A stretch of 64,000 nt of DNA from an uncultured Bacillota bacterium (GTDB lineage: Bacteria > Bacillota > Clostridia > Christensenellales > UBA1242), in the NCBI GenBank assembly GCA_948465545.1, contig CAOJXO010000004.1, positions 1,139 through 65,138 of the forward strand. The letters run 5' to 3'. Positions 18,103 to 26,851 of this stretch are shown here, piece by piece. The translations under genes and the position numbers were made by a program. The notes under the pieces were generated by a model, which saw only the letters and a program-made list of their open reading frames with translations, made no database searches and had not been told where the DNA came from. Numbering within the stretch: position 1 is the stretch's first letter; each line of letters opens with the position of its first letter.

Positions 18103-19794
18103 ATGTTTGAGAAATTTAAAGAAAAATTAAAAAATATTGCAAAATTTGTATTTGCTGCAAATACAGGTGAACTTCCAGCAGAACTTTCTGCACCTGCAAG
18201 TTATCAAAAAAGATCTAAATTTAAAAATTTGGACGAATTTTGTGCTTTCGTAAACGATGAAAACAACTTTAATCGTGAAAGTGCTGACAAAGAATCTATT
18301 GCAACAGCAACCGCTCAGTTTATTGCAGATCATATGGACGACATTGTTGAACTTCTTTCTTTTGAGCCTCTTTATTATAATCTTCAAGGAAAATTAGCCC
18401 CAGCAATGGAAAGGATTGTTAACGCTAAAGGTTCAAGCGGATTAAATGTGGAAAAAATCAAGCCAGTTAATGTTACCAAACAAGAGGCTGTATATTTTCT
18501 TTCAGAACGCCAAACAGAAGAAGTTGAAAGAATTAAAAACTTTGCACTTCTTAGAGAGCAACTTGAAAAATGGAACGAATTAGTAGAAACCATTGAAGAA
18601 ACTGCAACTGCAATTAACGCATCTAAAGAAAATGCTGAAAATATAAAAACAATAAATAAAGAAATCGTCAAACAAATTGAATATTGTACTTCTAAAATTG
18701 CAGAACTTGGAGAAAGCAAAATTCTTGATTCTTATACCCCTTGGAAAGTAGAAGGACTTGAAGAATTGGATTGTTTAGCAGAACAAGCAAAGTTCATCAA
18801 AGCAATAGACAATTTTATGGAAGAATACACCCTCTTAGAAGAATCAAACGAAAACGCCTACACCTTCTGTAAAAATGGAATTAATGATTTTTCAGCACAC
18901 ACCTTACTTGAAGCAATCGCATCTTCTGACAATTTCATCTCAATAAATATTGATGCAATGTCTGAAATTAACAAGGCTACCGACTTTGAATCTTTACACA
19001 AGGTACACCTTTTCATGACAAAAGCTCAAGTAGCACAACTTTCTAAAAAATATAAACAGACTCACCCAACATCTACTTTTGCAAATCTTCCTCGTGGAGA
19101 ACAATTAAAACTCTACAACGAAACACTTGAAAGTTGCAACAATACAGACAGGTTCTATATTGACCACTGCTTAACAAAATACATCGTTGAGCACGTTGCA
19201 GATTTTAAAAAGGCTCTTGAAATTGTCGCGTTTGAGAATACAAAAACTAAACTTGAAAAGATGAAATTCAATAACCTTGTTGAAAGTGATACAGAACGCA
19301 ACAATGTTGATACAAAGATATCAAAATACACAAAACTTATCAGCAGTGCTAAAAAAACACAAAACAATATACGCTGCTACAATAACAATAGTAATTTTAT
19401 TGATGCATACACCGACATAAATTATTATGGTATAGTAACATATTCAGACCTTGACCACACCACAATGATTTACGAATTAACAAAATTCAATATACCAAAG
19501 GATTTTGAAAGCAAAGTTGCCAAATTCCCAACTGCGGATATGGATATGTATAATAAATTTATTAACGAAACATATAAAACAAAAGTAACAGATGTTCTTA
19601 AAAAACTAATGCAAGAAGTGGAAGGTTATCCTGATTTTGGTAACATTGAAGCATCTATTGAACTATTATCTAAAGATGTTAAGCCTGAATTTAACCTTGC
19701 AAACAAAATTGAAAAACACAACAAAATCATATCTGATTTTACAACAGAAATAAACAAAAACTTAGACGCAACAACAGAAGTATTGCCAGATTAA
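18103..19794 (+). CDS. hypothetical protein (563 aa, predicted helical, no TM)
   Basis: Long ORF with AAAGGTGGG RBS before ATG 18103. E/K/N-rich and helical-looking, with no motif I recognise. Confidence 0.7.
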   Translation: MFEKFKEKLKNIAKFVFAANTGELPAELSAPASYQKRSKFKNLDEFCAFVNDENNFNRESADKESIATATAQFIADHMDDIVELLSFEPLYYNLQGKLAPAMERIVNAKGSSGLNVEKIKPVNVTKQEAVYFLSERQTEEVERIKNFALLREQLEKWNELVETIEETATAINASKENAENIKTINKEIVKQIEYCTSKIAELGESKILDSYTPWKVEGLEELDCLAEQAKFIKAIDNFMEEYTLLEESNENAYTFCKNGINDFSAHTLLEAIASSDNFISINIDAMSEINKATDFESLHKVHLFMTKAQVAQLSKKYKQTHPTSTFANLPRGEQLKLYNETLESCNNTDRFYIDHCLTKYIVEHVADFKKALEIVAFENTKTKLEKMKFNNLVESDTERNNVDTKISKYTKLISSAKKTQNNIRCYNNNSNFIDAYTDINYYGIVTYSDLDHTTMIYELTKFNIPKDFESKVAKFPTADMDMYNKFINETYKTKVTDVLKKLMQEVEGYPDFGNIEASIELLSKDVKPEFNLANKIEKHNKIISDFTTEINKNLDATTEVLPD

Positions 19795-19796
19795 TT

Positions 19797-19825
19797 AAAA
19801 ACAGCCGAAACACGGCTGTTTTTTA
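19797..19825 (+). terminator. rho-independent terminator
   Basis: ACAGCCG-AAACA-CGGCTGT followed by TTTTT. Confidence 0.8.
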
Positions 19826-19853
19826 AAAAGTATAAGATTGTATTCCTCTAGTC

Positions 19854-19882
19854 TTGACTTTGGTTTTATAAAATGATATTAT
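19854..19882 (+). promoter_or_regulatory. extended -10 sigma-A promoter of the 1328-aa orphan gene
   Basis: TTGACT, 17 nt spacer ending in TGA, then TATTAT. Confidence 0.55.
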
Positions 19883-19924
19883 TTATATATATAGATACTC
19901 TATTATGTAGACAGGAGGGCTTAT

Positions 19925-22900
19925 ATGGCAACTGCAAAAATAGACAACAAAATTACTCTTACTAAAACACTTTCCTCTGGTGAGGTTATAACCTATGCAG
20001 GACAAACCCAAACTTTTTCAATGATAAGTGGAGCGGACAAACCTCTTATTGATTTTTCCAATGGGGAAAAAAGCATAGCAAAAGTAACACAAAATGAAGG
20101 AAAACTGTTCCTTACTCTTGATAATGATGTTGTTGCAGGGCTTCCTGACGAAGTGAAAGAAAGCATATCTTTTGCTGGTACAAATATTCTTGAAATTAAT
20201 CCTCTGGCAGATGGAACAACACCTATTGAAATCGACGGGGCAAAAAACGAGGTTAAAGTATCGGTTAAGGCAAGAGATGGCTCTACCCAATATACCTGCG
20301 TAATCAACGCTCTTGGTGTGCAACTACAATATGGGGAACATAAAAGCACATATTTCTCTGAAGATGCAGAACACAGCCCAAAGATTTTGCACCCTACCAT
20401 GAGCACTAAGTGCTTTGAAGAAATGGTTTTTAATGCAAAAAACAGAATTAAACTTGCAGGCGTAAGAAGTGAAACCTTGATTGCAAACCCAACAAAAATA
20501 CCTCCTTTCATGATTGGAGCATACCTGCAGGCAACAAACCCTAACTCTGACAAGGTGAGAGATGACGAATTTGTGCCAGAGAGTGAAATAGACTCACACA
20601 AAACTTTCACATCAGAAGATGGCAAATGTCAAATTTTTACTGCCACAGTGCCTAGTACAGAAAAGCCAGGATTTAAAAGTTATTACTTCTGGAAAACTCT
20701 TGATGCTGAACATCCTGAAAACAATAAAGTCTTTGCATACCATGTTGCAGGAAGCAGTGGCAATGTATTTACTTCAGAAGTAGAAAGTAGCACAATAACC
20801 TTTAATGAAGGCGAAAACCCCTATGTAATTTTAAACCGCCATACTGGAAAACCTCTTGATTTTATGTTGCCATTAGAATCAGATAGCCCTTATGTGCCAG
20901 AAAAATATTTGACAATGCTGGAAGAGTTTTCTGGTTTCACAGGAAAAACTTTTGAAAGATCTGGCACAAGTGATACAAAAAGTCTCGCGAGAGAAGGCTC
21001 TAGATTTTCATTTGTTGCAGACCATGAAGATAAAACAGAAACCTCCGATATGAAAACTCGAGTAAGAGGAAGTTCATTAACCGCCGATATGGAAGATAGT
21101 TCAGAAATTGAACCACCACCTCCTCCTGAAAAGGTTGATGAAATACCTTTTGTTTCAACCCCTAAAAAGGTTGTTAAGGCAAAAGACCTTAAAATCAATT
21201 TTGACTGGGGCGTAAACATAATGGCTCTTGGCATTATATTAATGCTTATCGCTATGCCTTTTGCCCCTGCCATTGCCGCAATACTTGCAGGAGTGGGACT
21301 TACAGTAGCCACAGGTGGAGCACTCCTTGCACTTAACGCTGACAGACTTTCTAATCCACTTCTTAAACTTGAAAAGTACATTATCGACCCTCTTACAAAA
21401 CATGAAAGAGAACTTGAAAACGAACAACAAGCATTTTGGGAAAACAGTTCAGAACTCAACAAAGCACAAAACAAGTTTGTTGTAAACGAAGCTCTTATGA
21501 ATAATGATGAGAATCCTGCTGTTCAATATTTAAAAAACATATTTGGTGAAGAATATGAGGGCTTTATTGGTGAAGGAGGCTTTGAGAATCGTCAAGCCTT
21601 CATAGAAGAATTAAACGCCCTTCCTGCAGACAAACAAGAAGAATTTATTAAAAAATATTTTGGTGCTGATGGTGTTTATGGTAAAGCAGGCGTAGAACTC
21701 TCTCCAGAGCAAATTGCCGAACTTAAAACCAAAATATTTACAGAAAGAGCGACTATTGATGACGCTGTTAAACAAGTACGCGCCTTAAATGCGGCACAAG
21801 AAGCGAAAGATAAACTTCAAAAGAAACAAGATTCTTTCTTAGAAGACGCGACTGATGAAGTTATGGAAAAAATCATTCGTAAAAACTTATACAGCGCAGA
21901 AGCTATGAATAAGTTTGTTGAAGGCAATGCCCTTGCACTTGCAAGATACCTTGCTTACCATGATTACAGCGACACCAAAATCAATGAACTTACTAAAAAC
22001 CTATCTGCAGAGTCATTAGAAGCCCTTGAAAATGCAGCAGCAAAAATTGAAGAGGCTCAAACAAACTTAGAAGAAGCCGTAAACCAAGATGTTAAAAATA
22101 GACGTTCACTTGTTGGTCTTACCCAATATATTGAAACTGTTAGATTGACAAGAGAGGCAAAAGGCTCCGCTACAGAATTTATTTCTGATGCTCAAATGTC
22201 CCTTGCAGTACAAAGCATGTATACAGCAACCGAATTAAGTGCAACCCCAGGTGCATCAACAGAGGCAACAGCGGCGGCTGACATGTTAATAATTCCACCA
22301 GAAAACGCAATAAAAACTGCTGTGCAAGCACGTGATGCGGCTCTTACAGCAGCAGGCTTCTATAGAGATACCGCTGACGACTATATGAATGGTGGACCTC
22401 TTGCAAAACACACAATTGAAACCACCCCTCTCTCTACTCAAATTGCAGGAAGCCTTAAACAAGCTTTAATGGCAGAAAACCCAACAAAAGTGAGCGAAAT
22501 TGAAGGTAAAACAACAGAGGAACTTCTTACTGCTATTGCAACCGGCACTCTTACAGGCGAAAAGTCAGCCCTTCTTGCAAAAGCCTATGAACAAAATAAG
22601 CAAGTTGATGATGAAATTGCCAATGAAACAACTTCATTTACCAAACTTGCTAAGCGATTAGACCCATCAGATACATTCACTATTTCTGAGGCCGATATCA
22701 ATACAAAGATAGCCGAACTTGAAACAAACTCTGACTTTACTGGACGTAGCGCTGCAGATAAAAAGTCAATAGCGAAACTCGCACTTATTATGGAAGAACG
22801 TGGAGTTGCAAAAGAAAAAGCAATCACTATGATTCTTGACGGCTCTCTTGGTGTGGCAGCAGCACATAAATATATGAAACAGGCACACCCTGAAGTAACC

Positions 22901-23911
22901 ACTGAAACAAGCGTAGAAGAAGCAAGAAAGAAATTGACAAAAACAGCCTCTGTATATATTGAAAAAACATATCCTTTATATCAAGTGCTTTCTAACAAAC
23001 AAAAGAAAGTTGTGCGCGACTTAAACCCTAAAACTCTTGACGAATTTGAAAGAGCAATACATGAAGTTGTTGGCAGTCGAGTTTTACCAAATGGCAAAAC
23101 TTTCAAGGAGGTAACTGGACTTAACTCTGAAGGCGGAACAACTATTGCCGTTGCAGAAGGCAAGATGGCTACCCTTAAGAAAGGATACCGTAACGAATTA
23201 GAAAACGCACAAAATAAAGCGACTGTTGTTCTCGGAGAAAAGAAGACAAAACAAATTACTAGCGAAACCGCTGCACGAGCCATAGAAAAAGGTAAACCTC
23301 TTGAGGCTGGTGCTGAATTACACCCTGGTGAGGGAGAAGTCGCTAACGATGAAGCAAAGAGTACAGATGGTACTGCTAAAAAATACATTACTGAGAAAAA
23401 GAAGATTAAGGTTCTTGAAGATAAATCTAAACGCTTACTTAAAGAGTATACAAGAATCATGACATCTGACCTTGCAGACGACACAAAAAGACGTCAACTT
23501 GAGGCTCTTAGAGGTGAACTTTTAGATGTTGATGATGCTGTAAGAGATACTGGACTTAAAGAAAAAACTTTAAAGAAAGTGGTTAAAGTGTTTGACTTCC
23601 CTCTTCCAGATATTACCGATCCTAAATTCGATTGGGCAAAATATGGAAAAGATTTAACTGCTAAACTTGAAAAGATTCAAAAGGACAACAAAGGTAAAAT
23701 TAAAGCAAACGAATTTTTACTCTTTGGCGATAAAACTCCTAAAGCACCAAAAACTGCAAAACAGACTAGAAAGAATTCTAGAAAATTAAAAACTAAATTT
23801 GCAGAAAAGGCAGCAGCTAAACGTGCCGCAGAAAGACCTGCACCTGAGTCCGCAGATCCTGCATTAGAAACACCTGCCCCACGCCACGAAACCGAAGGTG
23901 AAGGTGCTTAA
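19925..23911 (+). CDS. hypothetical large membrane-hairpin protein (1328 aa)
   Basis: AGGAGGG RBS and no signal peptide. A ~400-aa N-terminal region ends in EPPPPPEK. A ~41-residue bilobed hydrophobic segment follows (VNIMALGIILMLIAMPFAPAIAAILAGVGLTVATGGALLAL, nt 21212-21334). Then comes an ~860-aa A/E/K-rich helical region with a basic K/A/P tail. Confidence 0.75.
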   Translation: MATAKIDNKITLTKTLSSGEVITYAGQTQTFSMISGADKPLIDFSNGEKSIAKVTQNEGKLFLTLDNDVVAGLPDEVKESISFAGTNILEINPLADGTTPIEIDGAKNEVKVSVKARDGSTQYTCVINALGVQLQYGEHKSTYFSEDAEHSPKILHPTMSTKCFEEMVFNAKNRIKLAGVRSETLIANPTKIPPFMIGAYLQATNPNSDKVRDDEFVPESEIDSHKTFTSEDGKCQIFTATVPSTEKPGFKSYYFWKTLDAEHPENNKVFAYHVAGSSGNVFTSEVESSTITFNEGENPYVILNRHTGKPLDFMLPLESDSPYVPEKYLTMLEEFSGFTGKTFERSGTSDTKSLAREGSRFSFVADHEDKTETSDMKTRVRGSSLTADMEDSSEIEPPPPPEKVDEIPFVSTPKKVVKAKDLKINFDWGVNIMALGIILMLIAMPFAPAIAAILAGVGLTVATGGALLALNADRLSNPLLKLEKYIIDPLTKHERELENEQQAFWENSSELNKAQNKFVVNEALMNNDENPAVQYLKNIFGEEYEGFIGEGGFENRQAFIEELNALPADKQEEFIKKYFGADGVYGKAGVELSPEQIAELKTKIFTERATIDDAVKQVRALNAAQEAKDKLQKKQDSFLEDATDEVMEKIIRKNLYSAEAMNKFVEGNALALARYLAYHDYSDTKINELTKNLSAESLEALENAAAKIEEAQTNLEEAVNQDVKNRRSLVGLTQYIETVRLTREAKGSATEFISDAQMSLAVQSMYTATELSATPGASTEATAAADMLIIPPENAIKTAVQARDAALTAAGFYRDTADDYMNGGPLAKHTIETTPLSTQIAGSLKQALMAENPTKVSEIEGKTTEELLTAIATGTLTGEKSALLAKAYEQNKQVDDEIANETTSFTKLAKRLDPSDTFTISEADINTKIAELETNSDFTGRSAADKKSIAKLALIMEERGVAKEKAITMILDGSLGVAAAHKYMKQAHPEVTTETSVEEARKKLTKTASVYIEKTYPLYQVLSNKQKKVVRDLNPKTLDEFERAIHEVVGSRVLPNGKTFKEVTGLNSEGGTTIAVAEGKMATLKKGYRNELENAQNKATVVLGEKKTKQITSETAARAIEKGKPLEAGAELHPGEGEVANDEAKSTDGTAKKYITEKKKIKVLEDKSKRLLKEYTRIMTSDLADDTKRRQLEALRGELLDVDDAVRDTGLKEKTLKKVVKVFDFPLPDITDPKFDWAKYGKDLTAKLEKIQKDNKGKIKANEFLLFGDKTPKAPKTAKQTRKNSRKLKTKFAEKAAAKRAAERPAPESADPALETPAPRHETEGEGA

Positions 23912-24015
23912 AAAACAAATTAATAAGGCAAAAATGGAAGTAGACCTATCCCCTAATGGAGATTTGACTACTTCCTTATGCCGTTTTAATAGAAGATAAA
24001 AAAGGAAATATAAAT

Positions 24016-25095
24016 ATGAAAATCGGAGTAGTAGGACTTCCAAACGTAGGGAAAAGTACCCTTTTTAATGCAATTACAGAGGCTGGTGCAGAAAGTGCAA
24101 ACTACCCTTTCTGTACCATTGAACCTAATGTTGGCATAGTTGATGTGCCAGATGAGCGTCTAGGAAAACTTGGCGAACTTTATCATACCCAAAAAATCAT
24201 CCCTGCATCAATAGAGTTTGTTGACATTGCAGGGCTTGTTGCAGGGGCAAGCCATGGCGAAGGTCTTGGCAACAAGTTTTTAAGCCATATTCGTGAGGTA
24301 GACGCAATAGTACATGTTGTACGCTGTTTTGACAATGAAAACATTATCCATGTAAGTGGCACAGTAGACCCTATTCGAGATATTGAAATTATTACCCTAG
24401 AACTTATCCTTGCCGATTTGGAGGTGGTAAGCAAGAAACTTGAAAAAGACGGCAAACTTTCAAGAAACGATAAAAGCCTTGTGCCAAGCGTAAATCTTCT
24501 CACAAGGATAAAAGAGGCACTTGAAAACAACAAAGAGGTAAGATCCCTCACCTATTCAGAGGAGGAACAAGAACTTCTTAAAGGACTTCAACTTCTCACT
24601 GCAAAGCCAGTGATATATGTTACCAACATCAGTGAAAGATTTACATTCTCAGAAAAAGAACGTGTTGAAAAAGTAAAAGCCTATGTTAATGGCGACAAAG
24701 TAATTCCACTTTGTGCTAAAATTGAAGAGGAACTTGTTTCACTTCCACAAGAAGACCGTGAACTTTTTAAAGCGGAACTTGGCATAACAGAAAGCGGACT
24801 TGAAAAACTTGTTACTGCAAGTTATGATATTTTAGGACTTATGAGTTATCTTACTGCTGGTGAAAAAGAAGTGCGTGCTTGGACAATTAAAAAGGGTACA
24901 AAAGCACCACAGGCGGCAGGCAAAATCCACTCTGACTTTGAAAAAGGTTTTATTAAAGCCGAAATCGTTTCTTATGACGACCTTATGGAAGCAGGCAATT
25001 TTGTTAAAGCCAAAGAAAAAGGAAAGGTACGCATTGAAGGTAAAGAATATGTCGTTCAAGATGGCGATATTGTACTGTTTAGGTTTAACGTATAA
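24016..25095 (+). CDS. ychF: redox-regulated ribosome-binding ATPase YchF
   Basis: [21 protein letters not shown]..., the [11 protein letters not shown]-domain motifs and the C-terminal TGS-like ...[11 protein letters not shown]. Confidence 0.92.
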   Translation: MKIGVVGLPNVGKSTLFNAITEAGAESANYPFCTIEPNVGIVDVPDERLGKLGELYHTQKIIPASIEFVDIAGLVAGASHGEGLGNKFLSHIREVDAIVHVVRCFDNENIIHVSGTVDPIRDIEIITLELILADLEVVSKKLEKDGKLSRNDKSLVPSVNLLTRIKEALENNKEVRSLTYSEEEQELLKGLQLLTAKPVIYVTNISERFTFSEKERVEKVKAYVNGDKVIPLCAKIEEELVSLPQEDRELFKAELGITESGLEKLVTASYDILGLMSYLTAGEKEVRAWTIKKGTKAPQAAGKIHSDFEKGFIKAEIVSYDDLMEAGNFVKAKEKGKVRIEGKEYVVQDGDIVLFRFNV

Positions 25096-25484
25096 TGAAA
25101 AAACAAGAACTCCTTAAAAAACTAATTCAAGGCAACCTACTCTCCCTTGCCTTTATAGGCGACAGCGTACACACCCTTTTCGTTCGTGAAAAGGTGCTTG
25201 AAAACAGCCAAGGAAAAATGCAAAACTATCACACCCTTTCCGCAAAATATTGCAAAGCAGACACCCAAGCAAAGGCTCTTGAAAAAATAAAACCCATGCT
25301 AACCGAAGAGGAAAATGAAATAGTACGCCGTGCAAGAAATGCAAAGCCAAAACATCAAGCAAAAAATGCAAGCCATGCCTCTTACACCGAAGCAACAAGT
25401 TTTGAGGCACTTATCGGATTTTTGTACTTAAACGAAGACCAAGAAAGGCTAACCCAAATATTACAAATATCAATAGAGGATTAA
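25095..25484 (+). CDS. mrnC: mini-ribonuclease III
   Basis: LSLAFIGDSVHTLFVRE...NAKPKH.AKNAS...YTEATSFEALIGFLYL. The ATG overlaps the ychF stop by 1 nt (TAATG). Confidence 0.85.
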   Translation: MKKQELLKKLIQGNLLSLAFIGDSVHTLFVREKVLENSQGKMQNYHTLSAKYCKADTQAKALEKIKPMLTEEENEIVRRARNAKPKHQAKNASHASYTEATSFEALIGFLYLNEDQERLTQILQISIED

Positions 25485-25488
25485 AACA

Positions 25489-26211
25489 ATGTTAATTGAA
25501 GGAAAAAATGCTGTTAGACAGGCGCTTGACAGCGAAATAACAATAAATAAACTTATGGTGGATAGAAACTTAGAGCATCGCCACGACGAAATCATAAGTG
25601 CCGCCTATAAGAAAAAAATCCGTGTTGAATTTTTACCTAAAATGGTGTTAGATAAAAAATCACAAACGGGACATCATCAAGGATTCATTGCTGAGGCTGT
25701 TGAATTTCAATACAGCGAACTTGAGGATATTCTTGCAAAAGCAAAGGAAAAAGATGAACCACCTTTTATCGTTCTTCTTGACGGTATTGAAGACCCACAC
25801 AACTTTGGTGCAATAATTCGTTCTTGTGAGTGTGCTGGCGTGCATGGAATCATAATTCCAAAAAATCGTGCCTGCCTTGTAAATGAAACGGTAATCCGTA
25901 CAAGCACTGGTGCAATATCAAATATGCTTATTGCAAAAGTAACCAACCTTAAAGATGCTATTGACGACCTTAAAGATAATAACGTTTGGGTTTATGTTGC
26001 CGAAACTGGCGGAGAAGATATTTACAAGAAAAAACTTAATGGTGCTGTTGCCGTTGTTATAGGCTCAGAAGGTAATGGTGTAAAACAATCTATCCGCTCA
26101 TATTGCGACGGAATTATTACCCTTCCGCTTAAAGGCAAGGTTAACTCTCTCAATGCAAGCGTTGCCTGCGGAATTGTTGTATTTGAAATTTTAAGACAAA
26201 AATTACAATAG
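25489..26211 (+). CDS. rlmB: TrmH-family 23S rRNA 2'-O-methyltransferase
   Basis: LLDGIEDPHNFGAIIRSCECAGV..., VIGSEGNGV and LNASVACGIVVFE, the SpoU/TrmH motifs. Confidence 0.85.
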   Translation: MLIEGKNAVRQALDSEITINKLMVDRNLEHRHDEIISAAYKKKIRVEFLPKMVLDKKSQTGHHQGFIAEAVEFQYSELEDILAKAKEKDEPPFIVLLDGIEDPHNFGAIIRSCECAGVHGIIIPKNRACLVNETVIRTSTGAISNMLIAKVTNLKDAIDDLKDNNVWVYVAETGGEDIYKKKLNGAVAVVIGSEGNGVKQSIRSYCDGIITLPLKGKVNSLNASVACGIVVFEILRQKLQ

Positions 26212-26248
26212 AAAATTAAAAAGTGCTTAAAGCACAGGAGGTGCTTAC

Positions 26249-26842
26249 ATGACAGATGAAATACTCGCATTAAAAGCAAAAGATGGCGATGAAAATGCCA
26301 TGAACGAACTTTTAACAAATTATAAAAGCATAGTAAACCGCATTGCAAGAAGTTACTTTCTTGTTGGTGGCGATATGGAAGATATTGTCCAAGAAGGCAT
26401 GATTGGATTATATAAAGCGGTAGTCAGTTTTAATCCAGCACGCAATGCTTCATTTAAAACATTTGCGACAGTGTGTATCAAACATCAAATACAAACAGCA
26501 ATAAAGATTGCAAGTTCGGAAAAAAACAAAATATTATCTTCAGCCCTTCCCATCTGGGAACAAAGTGAAAGTGAAGATGATTATGAGTCCCGAATTGAAA
26601 TCATCATTCCATCCAACCTACCGTCTCCCGACGATAAAGTAATCGCCTCCGAAAATATCAAAGAATTAAAAACAAAAATCAAAAAAACGCTTTCACCACT
26701 TGAGGTAAAAGTGCTAAACTTATACTTGAAAGGCTATAACTATAGCGAAATTTCCAACCTAGGCGAAATTTCCAAGAAAAGTATAGACAATGCCTTAACA
26801 AGAATTAAAAATAAACTAACTTTCTTAAAGAAAGCAGAATAA
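26249..26842 (+). CDS. sigH: RNA polymerase sigma factor SigH-like
   Basis: ARSYFLVGGDMEDIVQEGMIGLYKAVVSF...SFKTFATVCIKHQI...KSIDNALTRIKNKL closely resembles Bacillus SigH from memory. The position after mrnC-rlmB is typical. Confidence 0.88.
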   Translation: MTDEILALKAKDGDENAMNELLTNYKSIVNRIARSYFLVGGDMEDIVQEGMIGLYKAVVSFNPARNASFKTFATVCIKHQIQTAIKIASSEKNKILSSALPIWEQSESEDDYESRIEIIIPSNLPSPDDKVIASENIKELKTKIKKTLSPLEVKVLNLYLKGYNYSEISNLGEISKKSIDNALTRIKNKLTFLKKAE

Positions 26843-26851
26843 GGAGTTTTT

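Noticed and set aside
19993-23484. Several 100-210-aa minus-strand ORFs inside the 1328-aa gene (19993-20625, 20890-21474, 22585-22902, 22981-23484)
   Set aside because: They are entirely nested antisense to a long ORF that has a strong RBS and promoter. They are S/L/A-rich shadow frames with no start context.
23927-23986. Long interrupted hairpin (GGCA..GGAAGTAG-24 nt-CTACTTCC..TGCC-GTTTT) and an overlapping 21-codon ORF (ATG 23934) upstream of ychF
   Set aside because: It is most simply the terminator of the 1328-aa gene. The mini-ORF has only a weak RBS, and no riboswitch-like conserved core is recognisable.
26843-26851. T-box or other leaders upstream of metG, hisS and glyQS
   Set aside because: The intergenic spaces are about 9 nt (metG), 12 nt (glyQS) and about 60 nt after the promoter (hisS). 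They are far too short for a T-box riboswitch.
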